NCBI GenBank assembly: GCA_965248575.1
Contig: CBDFJQ010000002.1
Location: 4,544,001-4,608,000 of the forward strand
Reading direction: 5' to 3'
Length of the DNA stretch: 64,000 bases
DNA from: Planctomycetota bacterium
Lineage (GTDB): Bacteria > Planctomycetota > B15-G4
In this document: positions 28,972 through 38,885 of the stretch, piece after piece
Position numbering within the stretch: the stretch's first letter is position 1
How the letters are laid out: each line of letters starts with the position of its first letter
Made by a program: the position numbers and the translations under genes
The notes under the pieces: generated by a model
Told to the model about the DNA's origin: nothing
Seen by the model: the letters and a program-made list of their open reading frames with translations, nothing else
The model's database searches: none

Positions 28972-29553
28972 GTGACTGCACAGGACCCACCCTCCGACGC
29001 CACCGCTTGCCTTCGTCGGCTGGCGAAGGGCGACGAGAGCGCGGGCGAGCAGCTGCTGCCCCTGATCTACGAGGAGTTGCACCGCCTGGCGCGCCACCAC
29101 ATGGCACCCCAGTCGGCGGCCCACACGTTGCAACCCACGGCGCTCCTGCACGAGGCCTGGATGCGCCTCGCTGGCAGCGCGTCGCCCGACTGGCAGGACC
29201 GCGAGCACTTCCTCTCGTTTGCATCGCGGGTCATGCGCAACGTGCTCATCGATCACGCGCGCAGACGCTCGCGCGCAAAACGCGGCGGCGACCGGGAGCG
29301 CGTCCCGCTCGACATGGCTCTCGATCAGTACGAGGTGCAAGGCGTCGACGTGCTCGCCCTGGACGAGGCTCTCGCATCCCTGGGCGAGCAGGACCCCCAG
29401 CTCATGCGCCTCGTGGAGCTGCGCTTTTTCGGCGGCCTGACCATGGAAGAGACCGCGCGCGTGCTGGAGACCTCACTCTCCTCGGTGGAGCGGAGCTGGC
29501 GCTTGGCGAGGATCTGGTTGCGCGACGCACTGGGCGGTGCTGATGAAAGCTGA
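28972..29553 (+). CDS. ECF sigma factor, TIGR02999 (kinase-associated) type
   Basis: LLPLIYEELHRLA, HTLQPTALLHEAWMRL, AKRGG, VELRFFGGLT. Confidence 0.93.
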   Translation: MTAQDPPSDATACLRRLAKGDESAGEQLLPLIYEELHRLARHHMAPQSAAHTLQPTALLHEAWMRLAGSASPDWQDREHFLSFASRVMRNVLIDHARRRSRAKRGGDRERVPLDMALDQYEVQGVDVLALDEALASLGEQDPQLMRLVELRFFGGLTMEETARVLETSLSSVERSWRLARIWLRDALGGADES

Positions 29554-32479
29554 GGAATGGACGCGTGTGGAGCCGCTCCTCGCCCGCCTGCTCGAACTCG
29601 AGCCGTCGGAACACGAGGCGTTTCTCGAGGCTGTCTGTGACGACCCCGCCCTGCGTCAGCGCGTGGCGCAACTCTGGGCTGACGACTGCGCGCAAGACGA
29701 CTTCCTCGAGCTTCCAGGTACCGACGGCTCGGGGCTCGCTCCGATTTTCGGAGACGCTCTCGACACGCCCTCGGGACGCACGCCAACCACGGGCGGCAGC
29801 GCTGCGGTGGCCGGTGAGCGCCTCGGCCCCTGGCGGCTGACGCAGCCCCTCGGGGCAGGCGGCATGGGGGAGGTCTGGCTCGCTGAGCGAGCCGACGGTG
29901 CCTTCGAGAAGACGGTCGCCATCAAGTTGCTGCACGCGCGCTTCGGGACACCCGCGCTGCGGGCGCGCTTCGAGCGGGAGCGCCAGGTGTTGGCGGGTCT
30001 GGCGCACAAGAACATCGCGCAGCTGCTCGACGGCGGCACGTCCGAGCAGGGTGTCCCCTATCTGGTGATGGAGCGCATCGACGGCATCCCCGTCGATCGG
30101 TTCTGTTCCCAGAACGCCCTGAGCATCCCCGAGCGCCTCGAGCTCTTCGTGCAGATCTGCGACGCGGTGGGGGCGGCCCACGCCAAGCTCGTGGTTCATC
30201 GGGATCTCAAGCCCGGCAACATCCTCGTCACGACCGACGCTCGGCCGAGCCTCCTGGACTTCGGGATCGCCACCGTGCTGGCGGATGACCCGCTGGACGT
30301 CCCGGTCGATGACCCGGTCGATGACCCGGTCGATGACGAAGCGCCACAGAACGAGTTCACCCGCGGCGCTACCTTCAGCCTGACCCCCGGCTACGCGAGC
30401 CCCGAACAGCTGCTCGGCGAACCGGTGAGCACGTCGACCGATGTGTACTCCCTGGGAGTCATCCTGTATGGGATCCTCGCGGAGCAACGACCCTACGAAC
30501 AGGGAGAGTCGGGTCTACTCGAATTCGCGCGCTCCGTTGCGGAACACGCGCCCCCCGCACCGAGCGCGGTGTGCCCGTCGCCCGCACGCCGCCTCCTGCG
30601 CGGGGACCTTGACGCCATCGTGGCCAAGGCCATGAGCCGGGAGCCGGCTGGCCGCTACGGCTCGGCGGACGCCCTCGCGGAGGACGTCCGCCGCCACCTT
30701 GAAGGCTTCCCCATCCTGGCGCGGGAGGCCAGCGCCGCTTACCGCACACGTCGTTTCGTGAAGCGGCATGCTGTGCTCGTGGGCGCCGCCGCCGCGCTCT
30801 TCCTCATCATGGGCGTGTCCCTCGCCATCATCTCTGACCTGCTGCTGGAGACCCAGGGGGCTCGGGACAGTGCTGAGAAAGGGTGGGCGTCCGCTGGCGA
30901 ACATGCCGATAGGATGCGTGCCCTGGCCGGGTCGTTGGTGTTCGACATCCACGACTCCATCGAACACCTCGCAGGTTCGACACCTGCTCGGACTGCGCTG
31001 ATCGGCTCGGCGGTCAGCACCCTGGAGGCGCTCGCGGCCGACACGGGCGAAGACCCGGACGATCAAGTCGAGCTCGCCGCGGCCTATGCTCGGCTGGGCG
31101 ATCTGCAGGGCCGGCCGACCGCCGCGAGCCTCGGTGACTTCGAGGGTGCGTTGGCCAGTCACGAGCGGAGCCTGCAACTCTTCGAGCAGGCCTCTGAGCT
31201 CGCACCCGAGCGAGTGGACCTGCGCAGCGGGCGGCTCGATGCGCGCGCGAAGATCGGCACACTGCTGCTGCGCCTCGGGCGCACGGCGGATGCGCTGGCA
31301 TTGTTCGAGTCCGTCCATGCGGAGGCAAGGTCGGTTGGACTCGCTGCGCTTCGGGCGGAGGACCTGTTCCATGTGGCGGAAGCGCAGCTCGGCATGGGAC
31401 GTTCCCAGGCGGCGCTCGAGAACCTGGGTGCCGCGTTGCTCGTGGCACGTGCGCAGGCGGCCGAGCACCCTGATGACTTCCAGGCACGCAGGACCGTGCA
31501 AGTCGTGCTCAATAAGCGTGGCATCGTCCAGCGACAGCGGAGAGAGGATGCGGATGCCAAACGGAGCCTGATCGAGTCCGTCTCCATGGCGAGCGAGCTG
31601 CTGAAGCTCAGGCCGGAGGATGGTCAGATCCGTCGGGATCTCGGCCTGGGCTTGGGCGAGCTGGGGTCGCTGTTGCAGGAGACGGGACGGATCGTCGAGG
31701 CGCTCGAGGTGCAGCGCCGCCAGTTGAAGCTCTTCGAGACCCTCGCGGCCGATGATCGGGCCAATGTGATGGCGCAACAGGATCTCGCTTTCGCGCACGA
31801 GAAGGTCGGCGAGTCGCAAGCAGCTGGCGGGGATTGGGCGGGTGCGCTGGCCAGTTTCGAGCGAGCGCTCGACTTCTCGCAGCGAGTCGTCCGTGCGGGC
31901 GCCGGCGGTGCAGCCGCTCTCCGTATCGAAGCGCACAGCCGACTGAGGGTAGCCGACGCCCTGGTGGCGCTCGGCCGCACAGACGACTCGCTCGAGGCGG
32001 CCCGCCACGCGGCCAGCGCCCTGGCTGCCCTTGCGGAAGCCGACCCTGCGGACGCTGACGTCGCCCGCGACCTGGCCCTGGCGTACGTGCGCATCGGGCA
32101 GATCCAGCTGGATGGAGGCGAGCCCGCTGCCGCCTTGCGCGAGTTCCAGGCCTTCAGTGACCTCATGCAACCGCTCGCGCAAGCCGACCCCGATCATGCA
32201 TGGACCCGTCGCATGGCCATGGTCAGCTTCTACTTCTGCGCCGCGGCCCACCGGGAACTCGGGCGTGACGCCTCGCTGGCGGATCGGGAGCGAACGCTGC
32301 ACTTGGAACAGGCCATCGAAGGCTTCGAGGAGGCAGTGCAGCGCACTCAGCGACTTCAGCAGTTGGGCCTGCTGCTGGCCGGCGACGAGGAGATGCTGCC
32401 GACGATCGAGCAGGAGATCGCTGCCTGCCGGAGTGAAGGCGCGACTCTCGAAGGCGTGAGCACGGTCTCGTCCCCTTAG
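29543..32479 (+). CDS. Membrane Ser/Thr protein kinase with TPR sensor domain
   Basis: GAGGMGEV, VAIK, HRDLKPGN, DFGIA, TPGYASPEQ; one TM; TPR-like helices; overlaps the sigma gene stop. Confidence 0.93.
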   Translation: MKAEEWTRVEPLLARLLELEPSEHEAFLEAVCDDPALRQRVAQLWADDCAQDDFLELPGTDGSGLAPIFGDALDTPSGRTPTTGGSAAVAGERLGPWRLTQPLGAGGMGEVWLAERADGAFEKTVAIKLLHARFGTPALRARFERERQVLAGLAHKNIAQLLDGGTSEQGVPYLVMERIDGIPVDRFCSQNALSIPERLELFVQICDAVGAAHAKLVVHRDLKPGNILVTTDARPSLLDFGIATVLADDPLDVPVDDPVDDPVDDEAPQNEFTRGATFSLTPGYASPEQLLGEPVSTSTDVYSLGVILYGILAEQRPYEQGESGLLEFARSVAEHAPPAPSAVCPSPARRLLRGDLDAIVAKAMSREPAGRYGSADALAEDVRRHLEGFPILAREASAAYRTRRFVKRHAVLVGAAAALFLIMGVSLAIISDLLLETQGARDSAEKGWASAGEHADRMRALAGSLVFDIHDSIEHLAGSTPARTALIGSAVSTLEALAADTGEDPDDQVELAAAYARLGDLQGRPTAASLGDFEGALASHERSLQLFEQASELAPERVDLRSGRLDARAKIGTLLLRLGRTADALALFESVHAEARSVGLAALRAEDLFHVAEAQLGMGRSQAALENLGAALLVARAQAAEHPDDFQARRTVQVVLNKRGIVQRQRREDADAKRSLIESVSMASELLKLRPEDGQIRRDLGLGLGELGSLLQETGRIVEALEVQRRQLKLFETLAADDRANVMAQQDLAFAHEKVGESQAAGGDWAGALASFERALDFSQRVVRAGAGGAAALRIEAHSRLRVADALVALGRTDDSLEAARHAASALAALAEADPADADVARDLALAYVRIGQIQLDGGEPAAALREFQAFSDLMQPLAQADPDHAWTRRMAMVSFYFCAAAHRELGRDASLADRERTLHLEQAIEGFEEAVQRTQRLQQLGLLLAGDEEMLPTIEQEIAACRSEGATLEGVSTVSSP
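30301..30336 (+). repeat. Perfect 12-bp tandem repeat x3 inside the kinase gene
   Basis: cccggtcgatga x3, encoding (PVDD)3. Confidence 0.9.
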
Positions 32480-32661
32480 TCGTGCGGTTCCGCCCTCGTG
32501 GTGTCGTGCCGCGGACGCTGCCCATGAATGGACGGAAAAAGCCCGAATCTGCTGAAGGGATCTGGACGCCGTCAGCGTGTCTCCCTCCGAGTCCCACGAC
32601 AGCCTTGGCCCGAGGTCTGGTCTTCCCGCCGAAGGTGTCGTGAAAAACCGAGGAGTGGACC

Positions 32662-34230
32662 ATGAACATCACCAACCGATCTCGCGCCGCTGTGCGAACC
32701 GTGCTGTGCCTGTTCCTGCTGGCTGGAAGTCTGGCAGCGTCACCTGCCAGCGATGTGGTCTACCGGGCCGACCAAGATTCCGACGGCGCCTTCGAGCTGT
32801 ACCGGGTGGATGGCAAGACGGGCGCTGTGGCCAAGTTGAATCTCCCGCTCGTGCTCGGCGGAAGTGTCGCTCTCGACTACAAGATCGGGCCGAAGGGGCG
32901 GTACGTCTACTACCGGGCGGATACGCAGAGCGTTCAGGCCTTCGAGCTCTACCGCGTTCACTTGAAGACGGGGGCAGTGCTCAAGCTCAACCAACCGTTG
33001 GTGGCGGGTGGCCATGTCGTCTCGTTCCGGGTTGGGCCGAAGGGGAAGAGCGTTGCCTACCAGTCCTACCAAGACAGCACCGACGTTGCCGATCTCTACC
33101 AAGTGGACCTCAAGACGTTTGCCGTGACCAAGCTGAACGGCGTCCTCGTTGATGGTGGGACGGTGGCCTTCTACTGCTTCGGACCCAAGGGGCGATCCAT
33201 AGTCTACCGCGCGGAGCAGGAAGTGAAGAATGTGGTGGAGATCTATCGTTCGGACCTGAAGACCTTCCAGGCGACCAAACTCAACGGCTCCCTCGTGGAA
33301 GGAGGGGACGCTTCCTCCAGCGAGTTCGCCTTCGACCGCAAGGGGAAGTCCGTCTTCTTTCATGCCGACCAGGATGTGAACAACGTGTTCGACCTCTACC
33401 GAGCGGACTTCAAGAGCGGACTGAGCTCGAAGGTGAACGCCCCACTGTCCGCGGGTGGAATCGTCGCGGAGTTCCAGGTGGACCCCAAGGCACGCAGCGT
33501 TGCCTACCGTGCCATCGAGAGCACTGGTGGTGTCTACGAACTCTTCCATGCACCGCTGAAGGGGGGCCCGGTGACCCGGCTCAACGGCGTGCTCATCCCG
33601 GACGGGGACGTCGCGGAGTTCGAGCTGGACGGGCGGGGAAAGAGCGTCGTCTACCGCGCGGATCAGGATCTCAACAACGTCAGCGAGCTGTACCGCACGG
33701 AGATCAAGTCGGGAACCGTGACGAAGCTCAACGGCCTGCTCCCCGTCCAGGGGGATGTGTTTGTCCATCAGATCGGGCCCAAGAGCAGGCGTGTGGCCTA
33801 CCTCGCCGACCAGGACACGCAGGGCGTCCGCGAGCTGTACGTCTTCGACACGAAGACGGGCGAGCGGACCAAGCTCAACGGGAGCCTCGTGCCGGGCGGC
33901 GATGTGTTGTCGCAACAGAAGTTCTTCGGGCCCAAGGGGCGCTACGTGATGTTTCGCGCGGACCAGGACATCGACAACGTGTTCGAGCTGTTCCGGGTGG
34001 ACTTGAAGACAGGTGAGCGGCTCCGGCTCAACACGCCCTACTCAGCGGGAGACGGTGTCTTCAGTTTCAAGGTTGACGCCAAGGAGAAGACCGTCGTCTT
34101 CAGTGCGCGCCACGACTCGACGGCGATCGAGCTCTTCAGGGCGAATCTCAAGACGGGGGAGGTGAGCAAGCTCAGCGGCAAGCTGGTCAACGGGGGCAAC
34201 GTGCTGGACTACCAGATCGCCGGAAAGTGA
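32662..34230 (+). CDS. Secreted repeat beta-propeller protein (TolB/PD40-like), probable ECF target
   Basis: GAGGAG RBS, signal peptide, about 10 repeats of GPKGxxVxYRADQDxxxVFELYRxDLKTGxVTKLN. Confidence 0.85.
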   Translation: MNITNRSRAAVRTVLCLFLLAGSLAASPASDVVYRADQDSDGAFELYRVDGKTGAVAKLNLPLVLGGSVALDYKIGPKGRYVYYRADTQSVQAFELYRVHLKTGAVLKLNQPLVAGGHVVSFRVGPKGKSVAYQSYQDSTDVADLYQVDLKTFAVTKLNGVLVDGGTVAFYCFGPKGRSIVYRAEQEVKNVVEIYRSDLKTFQATKLNGSLVEGGDASSSEFAFDRKGKSVFFHADQDVNNVFDLYRADFKSGLSSKVNAPLSAGGIVAEFQVDPKARSVAYRAIESTGGVYELFHAPLKGGPVTRLNGVLIPDGDVAEFELDGRGKSVVYRADQDLNNVSELYRTEIKSGTVTKLNGLLPVQGDVFVHQIGPKSRRVAYLADQDTQGVRELYVFDTKTGERTKLNGSLVPGGDVLSQQKFFGPKGRYVMFRADQDIDNVFELFRVDLKTGERLRLNTPYSAGDGVFSFKVDAKEKTVVFSARHDSTAIELFRANLKTGEVSKLSGKLVNGGNVLDYQIAGK

Positions 34231-34515
34231 GGGCTGGGGCTGGCGCCCGCACGCAGCTTCGCCATTCGATCAGACGATGGGCGCCACAGTGCGTATGGGT
34301 GTCCCAGCCCTCCGGCCATAGGGTCGAGTGCCCACGCGGCAACCGACGTGGTGTATCGCGTGGCCTCTGGGCCATCGACACCGCGATCTGGGCCCGCACA
34401 CCCGGAGTACGCCTTGACGACACAGCGCGAGAGCCCACAACCCAAGGGAAGCACCGCGGTCATTCGCGATGTCGTTGACAAGGTGGATTCGTCCAAGAAG
34501 GGACGGTCCACGGCC

Positions 34516-35361
34516 ATGGCCAAGCTGGAGCGCCGGCTCAAGAAGAAGGACCGGGAGGAGATCTACCAGGCTGCGCTCACGTCGTACCTGGACGGTGAGG
34601 CGCTCAAGCCCTACCAGGCCGAGCTGATCAAGATGCAGCGTCACCTCGAGTTGACCGGGCGCAAGGTGATCATCCTGTTCGACGGTCGGGATGCGTCCGG
34701 AAAGGGCGGGACCATCCGGCGGGTCACGCGCTACATGAACGAGAAGCACTATCGCGTCGTGGCGCTGGGCAAGCCCAACGAGCACCAGCGCACCGAACTC
34801 CACATGAAGCGGTACATCGAACACTTCCCGCATGCCGGTGAAGTCGTGCTGTTCGATCGCAGCTGGTACAACCGGGCGATGGTCGAGCCCGTGATGGGTT
34901 TCTGCACACCCAAGCAGTACCGGCAGTTCCTGTCGAAGGTCGGCGACTACGAGGAGAGCTTCGTCGCGGACGGACAGACCACGCTGATCAAGCTCTACTT
35001 CTCGGTGACCAAGAAGGAGCAGGCTCGCCGCTTCGAGCGGCGCAAGAACGACCCCCTGCGCGTCTGGAAGCTAAGCGAGGTGGACTTGCAGGCCCAGGAC
35101 CTCTGGGAAGAGTTCACCGAGAAGAAACATCACTTGCTGAAGACCACGCACACCAAGCAGAACCCGTGGTGGGTCATCCGCTCGGATGACAAGCAGGCGG
35201 CGCGGCTGGAAACCATGAAGCTGATCCTCTCGCTGGTAAAATACCGCGGACGGAGCCGGCGCCTGGATCTCACGCCTGATTCCGCTGTAGTGGTGAGCGG
35301 CACCACCGAGAAGAAGCTGATGGAAAAGCAGCGTCGCAAGCGTGGCCGGTTCATCAGCTGA
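34516..35361 (+). CDS. ppk2: Polyphosphate kinase 2
   Basis: FDGRDASGKGG, FDRSWYNRAMVE, WKLSEVD. Confidence 0.93.
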   Translation: MAKLERRLKKKDREEIYQAALTSYLDGEALKPYQAELIKMQRHLELTGRKVIILFDGRDASGKGGTIRRVTRYMNEKHYRVVALGKPNEHQRTELHMKRYIEHFPHAGEVVLFDRSWYNRAMVEPVMGFCTPKQYRQFLSKVGDYEESFVADGQTTLIKLYFSVTKKEQARRFERRKNDPLRVWKLSEVDLQAQDLWEEFTEKKHHLLKTTHTKQNPWWVIRSDDKQAARLETMKLILSLVKYRGRSRRLDLTPDSAVVVSGTTEKKLMEKQRRKRGRFIS

Positions 35362-35418
35362 AGCCAGGAGCGCTTCGGTGTCGATGAGTCCTTGGCGGGT
35401 ACCTCGTGGAGATGTGAC

Positions 35419-36396
35419 GTGGGTGGCAAAGCAGACAAGCTGGACAGCACAGCGGGCGAGAGCCGGGATGGCCAGGACTCCAGGTCCGAGGCGGAGAAGC
35501 GCAAGCCGCTGAAGCGCTCCACCGGAGTGAACGGCAAGGTCAACCCGGAGGACCATCGACCCGCGAACCACTACGACCCGTCCAAGAAGGAACGTGTGCC
35601 CGTCCTGGTGCGCAAGCGGACGCTGGACTACGAGCAGGTGCTCGAGTTGTTGCAGATCGAGTTGCTCAAGTTGCAGGCCCACGTGAAGCAGAAGGGCGAG
35701 CGCGTCGTCATGCTCTTCGAGGGCCGCGATGCGGCGGGCAAGGGCGGCGCCATCAAGCGCTTCATGGAGCACCTCAACCCGCGCGGTGCACGCATCGTCG
35801 CGCTGGAGAAACCCAGCGACCGCGAGGCGACGCAGTGGTACTTCCAGCGTTACGTCGCGCACCTGCCGGCAGCTGGCGAGATCGTGTTCTTCGATCGCAG
35901 CTGGTACAACCGCGCGATGGTCGAGCCCGTCATGGGCTTCTGCACCGACGAGCAGTACGGTCGCTTCATGAAGGATGTTCCGCTCTTCGAGCAGATGCTC
36001 GTGAAGGACGGCATCCGTCTGTTCAAGTTCTATTTCTCGGTGTCACGCAAAGAGCAGGCACGTCGCTTCAAGGAGCGCGAGAAGAACCTGTTGAAGCAGT
36101 TCAAGCTCTCGGCCGTCGACATCGAGGCGCAGAACTACTGGGACCACTACTCCGTTCGCAAGCTGCAGATGCTGAGCGAGACCAACCGCACCATCGCCCC
36201 CTGGTGGGTCGTCAACTCCGACGACAAGAGGGCGGCGAGGCTCAACTCCATCCGCGTTGTCCTCACACACGTGGACTACGAGGGCAAGACGGACCACGCC
36301 GAGCTGCTCAGGGTCAGGCCGGAGTACGTCGAGTCCGGTATCGACCACCTGAAGGTGATCGAGAACCAGCTCATGAACCCGGGGGATCCGGACTGA
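35419..36396 (+). CDS. ppk2: Polyphosphate kinase 2 (second copy)
   Basis: FEGRDAAGKGG, LNPRGARIVAL, QWYFQRY, FDRSWYNR; GTG start at 35419 after GGAG. Confidence 0.93.
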   Translation: MGGKADKLDSTAGESRDGQDSRSEAEKRKPLKRSTGVNGKVNPEDHRPANHYDPSKKERVPVLVRKRTLDYEQVLELLQIELLKLQAHVKQKGERVVMLFEGRDAAGKGGAIKRFMEHLNPRGARIVALEKPSDREATQWYFQRYVAHLPAAGEIVFFDRSWYNRAMVEPVMGFCTDEQYGRFMKDVPLFEQMLVKDGIRLFKFYFSVSRKEQARRFKEREKNLLKQFKLSAVDIEAQNYWDHYSVRKLQMLSETNRTIAPWWVVNSDDKRAARLNSIRVVLTHVDYEGKTDHAELLRVRPEYVESGIDHLKVIENQLMNPGDPD

Positions 36397-36417
36397 AGCG
36401 TGCTGGCCGCGGGCCGA

Positions 36418-38112
36418 TCAGCTAGGCGGCTCGTCGCTGCCCGGCGACAGCGTCGGCACCGTCCGGGCGATGCGCTTGCAGAAGTAGTAGATCCGCTTGA
36501 GGTTCGATAGCACGTCCACCTCGATGGTGTAGGCCTGCAGCCGGTTGGGTTCCGCGGCCACGAGGCGTTGCGCTTCGTGCAGGGCAGCCGAGTCGGCCAG
36601 CTGGTTCACCTCTTCCTTCATGTTGATGACGAACTCGCTCGCCCGGATGTTCTTCTGGGTGGCCGCCATGAGGGCCGAGTCCAGCGCCCGCGTCACGACG
36701 GTGTGGAACTTGCGGAGCACCTCGCGCGTGGCCGCACTGATCTCGACGTTTCCGTTCAGCCGCCGTCGGCCGAGTCCGACGATGTTGATCTCGATGATGT
36801 CGCCGATGCTCTCCAGGTCATTGGCGGCCTCCATGAGCTTGATCAACTCGGTGGACTCGCCCTCCGTGAGGGCGGCCCCGCTGATCTGGCCCAGGTAGGT
36901 CACGATCTTCCCGTGCAGCTGGTCCGCCAGGTCATCGCGCTTCTCGAGCGCCAGCAGCTGCTCGGTTGTCCCGTCGAGCAGGGTCGGTAGGGCGTCGGCC
37001 AGCATCTCCTGGATGAACTCGCCCAGGAAGATCAGCTCCAGCCGCGCTCGATCCAGTGCGAGAAAGGGCGTGTCGATCAGGTCGGGGTCCAGGTATCGGA
37101 CCCGGACCCGGTCGTCCTCCTCGGCCAGCGGGCGGTCCGGCACCAACCATTCCACGATGCGGGCGAAGACCGGGACGAAGCCCAGGAACAGCAGGGTGTT
37201 CGAGACGTTGAAGATCGTGTGGGCATTGGCGATCTGGCGCGGCGTGACGGCGGCCAAGCGCTCGGCCGCCGGCAGCCCCTCGGCCTTGGGCGAGAAACTG
37301 GTCACGAATCCGGCCAGCTGGTCGATGAAGCCCACCCACACCAGCACGCCGGCGACGTTGAAGATGACGTGCACCGCGGCGGCGCGGACCGCTTCGCGCG
37401 GTTTGCCGATGGACGCCAACAGCGCGGTGATGCACGTGCCGATGTTGGCGCCGAAGGCGATGGAGATACCGGCCGTGAGGCCGATCAGACCCTGGCTCGC
37501 CAGGACGATCACGACACCTGTCGTTGCCGATGAGGACTGCACGAGGGCGGTGAACACTGCGCCGGCGAGGATGCCCAGCGCGGGGTTCTCCATGCGCGTC
37601 ATCCACTCGATGAAGGGCGGGTAGCTGCGCAGCGGCTGCATCGCGTCGCCCATCATGGACATGCCCAGGAACACGAGGCCCAGGCCCATGATCCCGGAGC
37701 CGTGATGGCGGACGGTCTCGCGCTTGGAGGCGAACAGCAGCGCGAAGCCGATGGCGATCATGCCCAGCGAGAACTGGCTCACCTTGAAGGCGACGATCTG
37801 CGCCGTGATCGTCGTCCCGATGTTGGCCCCCATGATCACGCCGATGGACTGGGAGAGCGACATCAGTCCCGCCGTGATGAAGCCCACCACGAGCACGGTG
37901 GTGACTGAGGAGGACTGAATGACCGCGGTGACCAGCGCGCCGGTCATCACGCCCAGGACGCGGTTCTTGGTCAGGCGCCCGAGGATCGCCCTCATCCGGT
38001 TTCCGGCGACCGCCTTGAGCGCGTCGCTCATCTGATCCATGCCGAACAGGAACAGGGCGAGGCCGCCGCCGAGACCCATGATCAGCGGCAGCAGTTCCAG
38101 ATCCGGGGTCAC
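36418..38112 (-). CDS. Na/Pi cotransporter family protein with PhoU-like domains
   Basis: GGLALFLFGM, two QSSS motifs, GANIGT twice, AHTIFN, DLESIGD. Confidence 0.93.
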   Translation of the reverse strand: MTPDLELLPLIMGLGGGLALFLFGMDQMSDALKAVAGNRMRAILGRLTKNRVLGVMTGALVTAVIQSSSVTTVLVVGFITAGLMSLSQSIGVIMGANIGTTITAQIVAFKVSQFSLGMIAIGFALLFASKRETVRHHGSGIMGLGLVFLGMSMMGDAMQPLRSYPPFIEWMTRMENPALGILAGAVFTALVQSSSATTGVVIVLASQGLIGLTAGISIAFGANIGTCITALLASIGKPREAVRAAAVHVIFNVAGVLVWVGFIDQLAGFVTSFSPKAEGLPAAERLAAVTPRQIANAHTIFNVSNTLLFLGFVPVFARIVEWLVPDRPLAEEDDRVRVRYLDPDLIDTPFLALDRARLELIFLGEFIQEMLADALPTLLDGTTEQLLALEKRDDLADQLHGKIVTYLGQISGAALTEGESTELIKLMEAANDLESIGDIIEINIVGLGRRRLNGNVEISAATREVLRKFHTVVTRALDSALMAATQKNIRASEFVINMKEEVNQLADSAALHEAQRLVAAEPNRLQAYTIEVDVLSNLKRIYYFCKRIARTVPTLSPGSDEPPS

Positions 38113-38579
38113 GCGGCTGGCTCCGCCTTCACGACAACGACCGGCCGTGGCGAGAGGTGCAGGACACGCTCCACCTGGGAACCGAGCATGAGGTGCTCGA
38201 GCCTGGTGAGCCCCCGGTGGCCCATGACGATGAGCTGCGCGTCGATCTCGTCGGCCACCTCGAGGATGCGTGTCACCGGCAGTCCCGAGATCAGGCGAAC
38301 GCTGGCCTCGCGGAGCGCGGCGCAGTCGGGATGGCGCGAACGCACCCTCTCCATGAATTCCTGGAGCAGCTCGTCGGCCACCTCCGTCAGCGGCCGGGCA
38401 GCTCCGGTCTCGTCGGCGCGCACGTAGACACCCGGCGTGGCGATGGGGTCGTGAGCAACGTGCAGCACGACCAGCGGCGCGCGCAGGGCACCCGCCACAC
38501 GACTCCCCCAGATCAACGCGGCCTCTGCCGCCGGCGAGAAGTCCACCGGAGCGAGGATGGGGGCATTGTTAGTGACCAT
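38109..38579 (-). CDS. Universal stress protein
   Basis: ILAPVDFS, LIVMGHRG, LGSQVERVL..SPRPVVVV; GTGA overlap with the Na/Pi gene. Confidence 0.9.
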   Translation of the reverse strand: MVTNNAPILAPVDFSPAAEAALIWGSRVAGALRAPLVVLHVAHDPIATPGVYVRADETGAARPLTEVADELLQEFMERVRSRHPDCAALREASVRLISGLPVTRILEVADEIDAQLIVMGHRGLTRLEHLMLGSQVERVLHLSPRPVVVVKAEPAA

Positions 38580-38885
38580 GAAGTCAGATGATACCCATCC
38601 TGCGGACGTGACCAAACCTCGGGTTCGCGTCACGATGATGCCTGGTGCCGATGACGCCTGGTTGCTGATGCCGCCGAAGGCCGCGCTCAGCGCAGCGTTG
38701 TCCTGCGCCGGTCATTCAGGGACCTGGATCCGCGCAGGTCAGGTGCTCACGCGACCGAGCTCGGTCACACGTCAGGCGTTGATTCGCTTTTCGTCGCCTT
38801 CGGTTTCCCACGCAAATCCCATGGAACACCGTGTCCTCATCGCCCACTGCGGGCGACCACGTCTTGACCAACATGGGTGATCACG

